A model generated the notes under the pieces. That model did not search any database. It saw only the letters and a list, made by a program, of their open reading frames with translations, and was not told the DNA's origin. This document shows, one piece after another, positions 1 through 9,212 of a DNA stretch of 64,000 nt (its first letter is position 1; every line of letters begins with the position of its first letter). The DNA comes from a virus. Lineage: Duplodnaviria > Caudoviricetes. Both the position numbers and the translations under genes were made by a program. The stretch lies in the IMG/VR virus record IMGVR_UViG_3300028832_000100; one strand, 5' to 3'.

Positions 1-90
1 ACCTAACCCTCTATTAATAGCACCAGCAGTACCTTTAATAGCATTTTTTATTGCATTTCCTATTTTACTACCATTTTTCGGTTCTGCCAT
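1..90 (-). CDS. 5' end of a gene running off the window (MAEPKNGSKIGNAIKNAIKG...), structural region
   Basis: ATG at 90-88 immediately after the stop of 92..616; the frame stays open to the window edge. Confidence 0.55.
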   Translation of the reverse strand, partial: MAEPKNGSKIGNAIKNAIKGTAGAINRGLG

Positions 91-91
91 G

Positions 92-616
92 TCAATCTTC
101 CTCATCTAATAGGTTGAAGTTTGTATGCTTATAATTTAACAAGGATGGCTCAAAAACATCCTTATATTCTGGTACAATTTCACAAGCGATAGAAGCAGGA
201 TATATCATCGAAACTTCCATGCTTACTACACGGAATAATCTGTCGGGAGTGTTATCAATACCACTTGGTATTGAAACTAATGCGCCAACTTGAATACCCG
301 GTGTGTCATAAGCAAGATGTATCATAGAAGAATTTTCTTGTAATTCTGCTACCCAACCCATCTTCTTTAATGTCTTCTGCGTTGGATGCTCGTCAAATAT
401 ACAACCAACTCTTATTGGGTCATAATGGGTTGTCTTAATTTCTGTGTAATTTGTGTAGTGCTTTCCGGGTTTTACTTGATAATACAAAATCTGTATTCCA
501 AGCAAATCCACCATTTGCTGAAACCATATTCTATGAAGTTTTATATCAGGGGTGAGTAGTAATCCGAGATTTGGATTATGCTGTTCGTTCAACATCTCAC
601 CCCTCCCCTTCTTCAT
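92..616 (-). CDS. Putative neck/head-closure protein (T4 gp14-like)
   Basis: 174 aa beta-rich ORF in the head-neck gene block; assigned by context and general resemblance. Confidence 0.5.
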   Translation of the reverse strand: MKKGRGEMLNEQHNPNLGLLLTPDIKLHRIWFQQMVDLLGIQILYYQVKPGKHYTNYTEIKTTHYDPIRVGCIFDEHPTQKTLKKMGWVAELQENSSMIHLAYDTPGIQVGALVSIPSGIDNTPDRLFRVVSMEVSMIYPASIACEIVPEYKDVFEPSLLNYKHTNFNLLDEED

Positions 617-1418
617 CTTCTATACTTACTTGATCTGAATCCTTATCCGACTTTCTAAATCTATATGGATTTCCTTTTTGGAACTGTGTAGACTTCTTTC
701 CATACTCATTAGATTTATCAATCTCACCCTTATCAGTTGCAAGAGCATCGTCATCGAAGACATCAAGTTGAATATCTCCTTCATACTCTTTTTCAAACAG
801 AGCAGGATAAATAACAGTTTGATAAAGTTTCTTATAATGAACACTCATGTACTTAATGTAGTTGTTTAGAACACTTGCTACTTTAATAAGCCATGAATGG
901 TTTGATAGCGCAAGCATAATGTGCTTACACCCTGCGCCTAATGTGTTATTTGGGTTTGTTATGTTTGATGGTATATCTTGCCTCTCACCATATATAATGT
1001 TGTCTTTAGACAGGAAAAAACCGAATCTGTAAAAAAAATCGGGGCAGCTGCATCGTAAATAAACATTATCTCCATTAAATGCTCTTACAACAGATCGGAT
1101 AATATCTCTTAATGTTATTACATCTCTTCCGTCAAGTTGTCTGTGGAGTTCCTTTAAGAACCCGCCAAAACTTATGGTAACAACATAATCTGCGGTTTCT
1201 CCTTGAACATCTATCCCAACGGTCAAAATGTCTTCTTTGAAAACCGAGTTCATGTTAATACTGTTAAAGTTTTTTACAGATGTTCCTATTTTGGATTTGA
1301 CACGCTTTTCATATCGTGTCTTCCCATCTTTTTCTTTTTCTGCTCTCCTTGAACGGCTCACAAGTTGTGAACGAGTATCTTCAAGTATTCTTTTCACAAC
1401 TTGCAACCCCCTTGACAA
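597..1418 (-). CDS. SWIM-type zinc finger protein
   Basis: CSCPDF...GCKH (CxC-xn-CxH) motif. Confidence 0.6.
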   Translation of the reverse strand: MSRGLQVVKRILEDTRSQLVSRSRRAEKEKDGKTRYEKRVKSKIGTSVKNFNSINMNSVFKEDILTVGIDVQGETADYVVTISFGGFLKELHRQLDGRDVITLRDIIRSVVRAFNGDNVYLRCSCPDFFYRFGFFLSKDNIIYGERQDIPSNITNPNNTLGAGCKHIMLALSNHSWLIKVASVLNNYIKYMSVHYKKLYQTVIYPALFEKEYEGDIQLDVFDDDALATDKGEIDKSNEYGKKSTQFQKGNPYRFRKSDKDSDQVSIEDEEGEG

Positions 1419-1442
1419 TATATACCGTCCCTAAACAGAATA

Positions 1443-3272
1443 TTATTTCTTTCCAACAAGAACTCTTCCGTAGATTCTCTTTGCGTTTCCGTCCTTGTTT
1501 TCTTTTGCATTGTATTTATAAGTTAAACTTTCTGCAATAAATTTGCTTCCATCTACCTTACCAGTAAATGTAAATGCTCTCTTGCAGTTTGAAATACCTT
1601 TGTTTTCTCCGAGGATCTTAACCTTTCCTGTCTTTGTCTTGCATACTGACTCAAACATAAAGGAAGTATCTCTGTTCTTACCTGACTTAAATCCGATTAC
1701 ACCTTCAACGATGAGTTTTCCATCTTCAAGTTTGCAACTTTTTGACTTGAATGAATTTACATTCTCATAAACTCTCTTCAAATAACTTTCTCCAAGTTCA
1801 TCGATCTGTTCTTCATCAACCTCATCGATGTCATCAAGACTAATTTCATCAGACTTGATTTCCTCAATGGTTTCGTCAGAAGCAGGAACAATCATTTCGT
1901 CTTTTGACTCTCCTTCTTCTTTCTTCTCGGTTTCAATACGGATTTTTTCTTTGTCGGTTTCGACCTCTATTTTTTCAACAGATTCTTCAACCTTCTTATC
2001 TTTTTTAGAACATTTCTCTGACTTGCAACTTTCTTCAAGTGTGCCAATATAAGAGAACACTTCTTCCTTTTCCTCGTCTGTGTCATAAACACCGGCACAT
2101 TCTTTATCTACAAATTCAAGTGCAACATCTGCGCCAGAGCGACCGACCTTTTTCTTGAACTTTTCCCACTCATCTGCAATGGTGGCAAGTTCTCCGTAAG
2201 ACAGACCTTCTTTGATTTCTTTCTTCTCGTCATCTCTTTGAGCATCAGCATCGTCAATCGTTTTCTTCAATGCTTTCCTTGCTTTTTCAACACGGTTGTC
2301 GCGCTTTGCATCAATACGATCTGTTTTAGAAGTCTTATCTTCTTTTACTTTCTTAAATGTTTTCTTTACAGACTTTCCACAGGATTCTTCCATGCTCTGT
2401 GGGTAATCAGAAGCAATTTGATTTCTACTGTCTGCCTTAAACCCATGTTGCTTCAAAAACTCTTTTACATGACGGAGAGTGGTGGCAGACAAATCCCACT
2501 TCGGTAGAAGAGTAACTTCACCCTTTTCAATTATTGCAACTGGTGTATCATAAGAGTAAAGTGTTTCCTTATCCCCTTGAACATCTACCTGTGCTTTCCC
2601 ACCAAAAGACTTTCTGCTATCAAATTGAGTGTTGAGACCATAAATTGGAGATTCTTTAAGACCGTTTTTCTTTAACTGATAGTCTCTATCGGAATCAGCA
2701 TCATCTTTCTTACGCATGAATCTCGCTCTTGCTCTTTCTTTTTTGTTATCTGCAATAGCGTCGATATCGTCACGAGTTCTAGGAGTTACTTTTCTTCCCT
2801 CTTTGAGAGATTCTCCAAGACCTTCTTCATCGGTGAAGTCATCTTCTTTTTCGGAAACCTTGACTTTTTCCTCGTCGCCTTTTTCTCCCTCTTCTGTCTT
2901 GTTTTCAACTTCCAACTCAACATCAGAATAGGGTGCTACTTCACCAATAACTTCAAACCCACCAACATCATGGCAGTAAGGACATTCCACTGAAATATCA
3001 ACAAGGTCAGAATCTTCATCATAAGTAATCTTGTCCTTGTCTGCGTAGTGCATGGTATGGCAAATCGGGCAGTTGAGAATTACTTTTCCAACATAGGAAT
3101 CTTCAATATCCCCTTCGTCATCTGCTTCCATGTCAATGACTTCAACAGTTTCATCTGCAATGTCATCATCAAGAAAATCCTTTAACTTTTCTGTGCCTTC
3201 CTTTGAGAGTTCAAAAAGTTCTTCATCAAGGCAATCAAGTTTTTTGAAGGCTTCAGCTATATAATTAGCCAT
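1443..3272 (-). CDS. Acidic multidomain head-associated protein with Zn ribbon and many LxE sites
   Basis: CPIC/CPYC ribbon; LYSYDTPVA...SATTLRHVKEF module; internal repeat (IDAIADNKKERARA / IDAKRDNRVEKARK); ESLKE, LKES, MEES, IKEG, LEES, VEES motifs. Confidence 0.7.
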   Translation of the reverse strand: MANYIAEAFKKLDCLDEELFELSKEGTEKLKDFLDDDIADETVEVIDMEADDEGDIEDSYVGKVILNCPICHTMHYADKDKITYDEDSDLVDISVECPYCHDVGGFEVIGEVAPYSDVELEVENKTEEGEKGDEEKVKVSEKEDDFTDEEGLGESLKEGRKVTPRTRDDIDAIADNKKERARARFMRKKDDADSDRDYQLKKNGLKESPIYGLNTQFDSRKSFGGKAQVDVQGDKETLYSYDTPVAIIEKGEVTLLPKWDLSATTLRHVKEFLKQHGFKADSRNQIASDYPQSMEESCGKSVKKTFKKVKEDKTSKTDRIDAKRDNRVEKARKALKKTIDDADAQRDDEKKEIKEGLSYGELATIADEWEKFKKKVGRSGADVALEFVDKECAGVYDTDEEKEEVFSYIGTLEESCKSEKCSKKDKKVEESVEKIEVETDKEKIRIETEKKEEGESKDEMIVPASDETIEEIKSDEISLDDIDEVDEEQIDELGESYLKRVYENVNSFKSKSCKLEDGKLIVEGVIGFKSGKNRDTSFMFESVCKTKTGKVKILGENKGISNCKRAFTFTGKVDGSKFIAESLTYKYNAKENKDGNAKRIYGRVLVGKK

Positions 3273-3343
3273 TTTACAAAATACCTCTCTTAAATAAATA
3301 TATTTTCAATGGCTACTATTATAGCCAAAAATGAAGTTCATAA

Positions 3344-4057
3344 TTAGTCTACTGGATATGGTAAAGACATATTGGTATCAAGGAACTCTCTCAATGCCGT
3401 AAGTTCTGTATTTCCTTCTTCCAACATTGTTTCCCCGTCTTGTGTCCATAAAGCATTGGATTGAGTAAATCTTGTTCTTATTCTTCCAAGAGCAATTTTA
3501 CATCTTGCTAATGACATTCTATGAATAATATCAATCCAGAAATCAGATGTAATCTGTGACACATCATCAAATCTCGGTATATATTCTATTGTTATCGCTT
3601 GCGGAAAATCATAAGAGCAATTTACATATAATTTTTCAGAAGGTTTATCATACCGATATGTCAAGTCTGTTGAAATTGTATTTCTTATCTGTAATGCTAT
3701 GTTCCATGCAGCATAGTTCTGTGCAAATGTTTGTATGCCATAAGTACCACCATTACCCGAAAGCATCTGCCATTGAGCAAGATACATGGGATCCATTGGT
3801 GTTCCTAACTCACCTTCTCCACCAACCATATATCCAACGGCACGATAAACGGCTGCAACGGAACTTATCTCATATTTTGAAACATCAATACAAGGACTAT
3901 ATGGGACAGTAACTATTGCTGTTGTATTTATATATCTCTGTACTTCTCTTAATGAGGAAGATATCGCTAAGGCAAGCGCAGAGTCGTCAATCTCTAAGGT
4001 AAGAACACCACCGGATAACTCAAATTTTATTTCTTCCATGAGAGCAGACATATCCAT
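3344..4057 (-). CDS. Neck protein (T4 gp13-like head-tail adaptor)
   Basis: Directly downstream of the capsid gene; C-terminal ALGRIRTRF...DGETMLEEGNTEL resembles gp13-type proteins; strong AGGAGG RBS. Confidence 0.65.
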   Translation of the reverse strand: MDMSALMEEIKFELSGGVLTLEIDDSALALAISSSLREVQRYINTTAIVTVPYSPCIDVSKYEISSVAAVYRAVGYMVGGEGELGTPMDPMYLAQWQMLSGNGGTYGIQTFAQNYAAWNIALQIRNTISTDLTYRYDKPSEKLYVNCSYDFPQAITIEYIPRFDDVSQITSDFWIDIIHRMSLARCKIALGRIRTRFTQSNALWTQDGETMLEEGNTELTALREFLDTNMSLPYPVD

Positions 4058-4085
4058 CGGTAATTCCTCCTTTTAATTATCAGTC

Positions 4086-4117
4086 AGAAGGGCGTTAAAT
4101 GAATAACGCCCTTCTTC
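4086..4117. terminator. Stem-loop downstream of the capsid gene
   Basis: AGAAGGGCGTTA-N6-TAACGCCCTTCT 12-bp inverted repeat; no clear U tract on the minus strand. Confidence 0.45.
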
Positions 4118-4194
4118 ATATTTTTGCTCTACAATTCTATACAATTTTAGCAAGAATATTTCCCTGCTTATTGTATGTTCTGATACAATTTCTA

Positions 4195-7100
4195 TCAGCC
4201 AGCAGTAGCAGTGTATACAGGACTTGCGTTAGTACCATATACACGAGAAGCACCCTCAACCTTACCTGCAACAAGAAGCAGAGGATTGAGAACCTTCAGA
4301 TCGTACATTGTGGACCCAATTGTATTTATTATAAGTCGCTACCTTATAACGGGAATCTTCTTCCCCTCTTACTTTCATAAGAGTTTAGACTATATCTTCA
4401 TCCTTTTCAGGATGCACACCATTTCGGATTTGCTTAAATCCTACTCCCATATTTGGGATAGTCGTTGAACCTTCAGATCAAAGATCAGCTTGGCTGCTGA
4501 TTGCCCATTGCATCTTTCATTTAGGTTTGCGCCTTGTGAAAATCCATTCTATTGTTTCTACTTTCGTAACCATTTAGGTTAGAATGGCTTTAGGGGTTTC
4601 CAGCAATTAAATGTGTTATTTTTACTACACATTACTGTGTAGCAGACCTTTACGCTGACTTCTTATGCAGCGTATTCCAAGCCTTGAGTAGTTCCACCGT
4701 CGCTGTACTGCAACAGCTGAGTGGGAACAACTGGCATATCGTTTATGTTTTATGTGGATCACTACACCACATATTGCTTATTAGCAACTCTATATTTCTA
4801 TAGAGACCAGACTATATTATCATCTTTTCAGATGTGTAACCTTTCGGATTCGTTTGAACCCTACACCGCGCTACCGGTTAGTCGTTGAACCTTTTCCTAT
4901 TCGGAACTTGGCTGCTGATTGCCCAATCCAAATAATTTTCAAACATTCGCACTTATCCTTTCAGATTATGCTGTAGTTTATTTGGCTCTAAGGGTTTTCC
5001 AGCAATTAGTTACATTATCAATTGATTATTTCTAATCAATGCCACTATAGATTGGATTGTTTTTAAGCAACCAATTCTAATGGAGCGTACACAGCTGCAC
5101 TACTCATCATGTCCTCACCGTTAAGACCAAATGCAAACTTACCGGATGCAATGGAAGGAGATACAAAGATCTTGATTCCATTATAGGTCTGTTTTCTTTT
5201 CTATCAATCGTTACTTGATAGAGATAATTTCTTATCCTCTTACTTTCATAAGAGCAGAGACTATATCTTCACCCAACGCATTGGGTGCAACCCATTTCGA
5301 TACCACTTGATATCTACTCCAGATTTGGTCTGGATAGTCGTTGAACCTTTTCCTATTCGGAACTTGGCTGCTGATTACCTAATCATAGCAACTTCTTAAA
5401 ACTATCACAATTTGGCTTGTTTCATCCATTTGTTGTAGTGTACTACGCTCTAAAGGTTTTCCAGCAATTAGAGTTGTCTATTATTCTGCACATCTCTGTG
5501 CAGCCTGGCTATAAAGTTTAACCAGCAAGATATGGACCGTTTACACGGGAGATTCCTTCAGCGGGTTTGAATCCACTAAGGAAGGAAATAACACGAAGAA
5601 CATCAGGAGCGATCAGCATGTAGTTAGGACTGACTATTGTGTTTACTGAAAATCGCTACTTTTCAGCACGATAATATACATGCTTGATATTATCGTCACA
5701 TACTTTCATATGTGTACAGACTATATCTTCACCCTATTTAATAGGGGCAACTCACTTCGATTTCGCTTGAAATCTACTCCATAAAGGATAGTCGTTGGGG
5801 CTGTAACTACTTGAGTTCCCTGCCTGCTGATTTCCCAATCCTCTAACTTTTCAAACCTTCATATCTTCATCGCTGAAATACTGTGGTATAGAGGCTATAA
5901 GGGGTTTCCAGCATATCGAGTTGTTTATTTTTACGCTACATCACTGTAACGAGAAGCTATAAAATTTAACTTCTGAGTTCTGTTGTAAATAATGACACGA
6001 CCTGCTTCGATGATATCTGCAAATGACTCAAAGTGCTGAGCCATAGAAATACCAACAGGAACAGTGCGGTCAAAAGTAAGGGTGGCAAGTTCATCAACAG
6101 ATGTTGCTTCCTCTGCAGTCTTCACAAGAAGATTGACTACTTCAGTGTCAATTTCCAAATATGTTACGAATAAGTCAATTTCGCTTATTCTCTATAACTT
6201 ATGTATTTGTTATAGTTCAGACTATATCATGTACCTATATTGATTTATCCTTTATAGGTACCCATGCACTTCCACCTCTTTGAGGTGTACTCTACTCATT
6301 TATTCATCTGAATATTTCTTTCAGATTATACTTTCGATAGTCGTTGAGCGTTATTTATTTAGATGATACTATGTACCATCCTTGATTTATATAAGCATCA
6401 ATATTAAAATCTTGAATCATTCTGTATTTAGGAAATATCACATCGTGTGACATTTTTCTTCTTCCTAAATGTGAAAGCCTATCAAGAAGTTTCTGATTTT
6501 CTGACTGGGATTTTCCAAACATTCCATTATTTTCACCAGACGACAATGCACTGTGTAGCATCTTTAATTCATCTGACTGATGCCAACGATTTCCATAATT
6601 ACTGTTTTTAGAACCAATTCTTTCGGTTCTAAACTTTTTCTTCGTTTCATCAGAATGTTTGCGACCTTTGAACATCGGTCCTCCCGGTCCACAATCTCCA
6701 CCCTTACGTTTGTTGTATCCAACCAATGGGTTTCTTGAATCTAATTTATCAATCCAGAAGATTTCCTTCTGATTTAATTCATCTAAACTGTCTGCGGAAT
6801 CTATCATCTCAACAGACAATCTTTCTTCAAGTGGTATATTGTCTTGCAAGCATTTCTTTCTTATTCTTGAAATAAGAAGACCACTTCCAACGTACTTAAT
6901 ACCAACAAACTTGCTTGAGTGGTGTTTTCCAACGTAAATTTTTCCGTTAGATAGATCAGTTGTTTTATAAATATATCCAAACATTTTATACCTCCGAAGT
7001 ACAAAACATAATAAAAGTGCGGTAATCTGAAATTTCGGAGATTTCAGAATTGGTAGCTACTCCCTTGTCCCGCACAATATATGATACAATTTTATATTGT

Positions 7101-9190
7101 GCTTTATATCAAGTTTTCAATAAATCTTCGCTGCTGATTGCCATGCAGATGACACTAATCTGCAAGGTTTTCCAGCAATTCACATGGTTTTCACTAATAT
7201 ATTGCTATATTAGGCTACAAAAAGTTTATAGTTCAGTTCTGCAACAGCACGTTCTGCCAGCTGCTCTCCAAGATCAAAACCATAATCCTGCTTTGCCTGC
7301 CATGCAGCAATGTTTGAATAGTACACGGCAATTCTACGCGCTTTTGCAAGCAGAGGCATAGCCTTCATCTCAGCAGTGAGAATAGGAAGATCGTTCTGAG
7401 GAATGACAACATTATTATAGTTGTAATTGAATACAACATTACCAGTGATTCCGCTAGTAAGAGTGATAGCAGGAGTGCCAGTAGAGTAAATCTGTTCAAC
7501 ACCGTTGTAAGCAACACCCTTGGTAGCAGTATTACCATAAACGATAGTACCTGCTTCGGATGCGCCAGTAATGTTCTTCACAAAACGACCAGCGACACCT
7601 TCGAGATGTCCGTTGTTAGGATCAACTGCTTCGGTTACATAGTTAGTAACAACTGTAACAGCTGCTCCATCTGCATAACTGTAGATTTTACCGTTACCAT
7701 CATCAAGGTAGTTAGTGGTGCCAACCTTGAAGGAAACGGTGCCGGGGACTACAGGACCCCAGTTAAGAGCGATTGAGGTAGTAGAATCTGCAAAACTCTT
7801 GGATTCTTCAACCTTAGATGCTGTGAAATCGGTGTCAACCTTTCCACGAGCAAAAGGATTCTCAATCAGATCACCAACGCTTGTCTTACCTTTATTTGAG
7901 CCATATGAGTATTCAAGATAGTTTACCAATTGTGTTACGAATACTTCGCTTATAAAAGTATTCTCTGCATATTTCTATGCAGTTCGGACTATATTATCAG
8001 CCAAGATTGTTTTGTCCTCTCTTGGTTGCCAGCTCTTTCCATTCCACTTGGAATGTACTCTACTCACTTCTTCACAAGAATATTTCTTTCTTGCTATGCT
8101 TTCGATAGTCTCTGAACCTCCCACTATACAATGGTTTGGCTGCTGATTGTCCTTTCGGAGTTTCCAGCAATTTAACTGGTTTTTGTCATTCATGTTACCA
8201 TGAAAGGGTTACGTCATGCTACATAACCACTCATGCTCGACATCGGGTAAGTAATTACCAAATCACATTTATCTTGCGTGTAAATCGTTTCCACTTACAC
8301 TCTTATCATCACTGATAAGATGAGACTATATCATAGTCCAAACTTGATTTATCCTTATTTGGATTCCATGCACTTCGACTTCACTTGAAGCCTACTCTAC
8401 TCATTTATTCTCTATTGTTTTTCTCAATAGATATACTTTCGATAGTCGTTGAACCTTCCTGCCAAATTAGGCAGACTTGGTTGCTGATTGTCTTAATGGC
8501 TAATTTTTAAGACTTCCCAGCAATTCACATGGTTTTTTCTGCAAACATTACTATTTGCAGCCTCTGTTAAAAGGCAATAAGATTTGGTACGGTAATATTT
8601 ACCAAATTTAGTGCAAATTTCTTAACATTTTTATTGCAATATGCACAATTATGCATATTTCTTGATATTACTATCAAGATTAGACTATATCATCATCCAA
8701 TATTGCTTTTACCCTTTATTGGATGCCTCGCGCTTCGGAAACTTTTGCTCCTACTCTACTCATTTACTCATCATCATTTTTCTTGATAACTACATTTTCG
8801 ATAGTCGTTAAACCTTCCGTTCAAAGAACGGCTTGGATTTTTGTTGTCCTACTGATTGCACTATTTCAATAGGAGTTTCAAAAAGTTCACGAGGTTTTCT
8901 ACATAATATGAATTTAAGGGCTAACTTCTTAAATTGTTCTCATATCTGTAGGATCTCAATAAATATTACTATTTATTGCTCCTTTATATGGGAAAGAGTC
9001 CCATGTCGGAACGCTGGGTTCCAACGGAGTTCTCAAACTGCTCAGTGAGAAACTTGGAAGTGTTGTCAAGAAGTCTTGCAACAGCAATCTTCTTGGCTTC
9101 AGTAATGCGAGTACCGTTGTGTGCCTTCATGTGAACACGGTCGGCAACAGCAAGACGGTTCTTGTACTGTTCAAATAGTTTGTTAGCCAT
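4195..9190 (-). CDS. Major capsid protein (T4 gp23-like), split into 9 exons by 8 group I introns; spliced product 527 aa
   Basis: Exons (minus strand): 9190-8995, 8625-8571, 8265-8223, 7926-7228, 6155-5969, 5633-5521, 5188-5080, 4739-4680, 4316-4195 = 1584 nt. They join in one frame: MANKLFEQ...DMGLF|KKFALNLVNITVPNLIAF|DLVITYPMSSMSGY|VNYLEY...AKARR...ELNY|EIDTEVV...TQKF|SPNYML...GPYLAG|TYNGIKIFV...AVYAPY|MPVVP...TQGW|STMYD...ATAG*. gp23-like motifs (PNLIA, AKARR, EID-E, YAPY-P). Lies downstream of terminase-portal-protease. Confidence 0.93.
4317..4679 (-). ncRNA. Group I intron 8 of capsid gene (363 nt, no ORF)
   Basis: Exon ends in U, intron ends in G; P1 AGGCU/GGUCU; core AAUUGCUGGAAA, AAUCAGCAGCCAAG, GGUUCAACGACUA, GAUAUAGUCU. 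Confidence 0.88.
4740..5079 (-). ncRNA. Group I intron 7 of capsid gene (340 nt, no ORF)
   Basis: U|...G boundaries; P1 CCAU/GUGG; P,Q,R,S core motifs present. Confidence 0.88.
5189..5520 (-). ncRNA. Group I intron 6 of capsid gene (332 nt, no ORF)
   Basis: U|...G boundaries; P1 CUGGU/GCCAG; P,Q,R,S core motifs present. Confidence 0.88.
5634..5968 (-). ncRNA. Group I intron 5 of capsid gene (335 nt, no ORF)
   Basis: U|...G boundaries; P1 AGAAGU/GCUUCU; core AUGCUGGAAA, AAUCAGCAGG, CAACGACUA, GAUAUAGUCU. Confidence 0.88.
6156..7227 (-). ncRNA. Group I intron 4 of capsid gene (1072 nt), carries a homing endonuclease
   Basis: U|...G boundaries; P1 CUAU/GUAG; P/Q at ~7130-7180, R/S at ~6220-6350, with the ORF looped out between Q and R. 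Confidence 0.9.
6355..6984 (-). CDS. Intron-encoded GIY-YIG homing endonuclease with NUMOD3-like repeats
   Basis: GYIYKTT...KIYVG, E-x-FWI, GYN motifs; HSDETKKK and NGMFGK NUMOD3-like segments; GGAGG RBS. Confidence 0.9.
   Translation of the reverse strand: MFGYIYKTTDLSNGKIYVGKHHSSKFVGIKYVGSGLLISRIRKKCLQDNIPLEERLSVEMIDSADSLDELNQKEIFWIDKLDSRNPLVGYNKRKGGDCGPGGPMFKGRKHSDETKKKFRTERIGSKNSNYGNRWHQSDELKMLHSALSSGENNGMFGKSQSENQKLLDRLSHLGRRKMSHDVIFPKYRMIQDFNIDAYINQGWYIVSSK
7927..8222 (-). ncRNA. Group I intron 3 of capsid gene (296 nt, no ORF)
   Basis: U|...G boundaries; P1 GGUUAU/GUAACC; core AAUUGCUGGAAA, AAUCAGCAGCC, GGUUCAGAGACUA, AUAUAGUCC. Confidence 0.88.
8266..8570 (-). ncRNA. Group I intron 2 of capsid gene (305 nt, no ORF)
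   Basis: U|...G boundaries; P1 GCCUU/GAGGC; P,Q,R,S motifs present. Confidence 0.88.
8626..8994 (-). ncRNA. Group I intron 1 of capsid gene (369 nt, no ORF, variant P4)
   Basis: U|...G boundaries; P1 CUCU/GGAG; R (UUAACGACUA) and S (GAUAUAGUCU) present; P/Q diverged but still complementary (UUUUG/CAAAA). Confidence 0.82.
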
Positions 9191-9212
9191 AGTTTTAGTT
9201 TTTCCTTTTTTG

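Noticed and set aside
4317-8994. Recurring motifs (AGACTATATC, TAGTCGTTGAACC, GCTGCTGATT) as a CRISPR or repeat array
   Set aside because: They are the conserved P/Q/R/S intron elements; spacing is irregular and there are no cas genes
4195-9190. Stop-codon reassignment as the cause of the fragmented capsid gene
   Set aside because: Neighbouring long genes read through in the standard code, no suppressor tRNA is seen, and the gaps contain group I cores with frame changes
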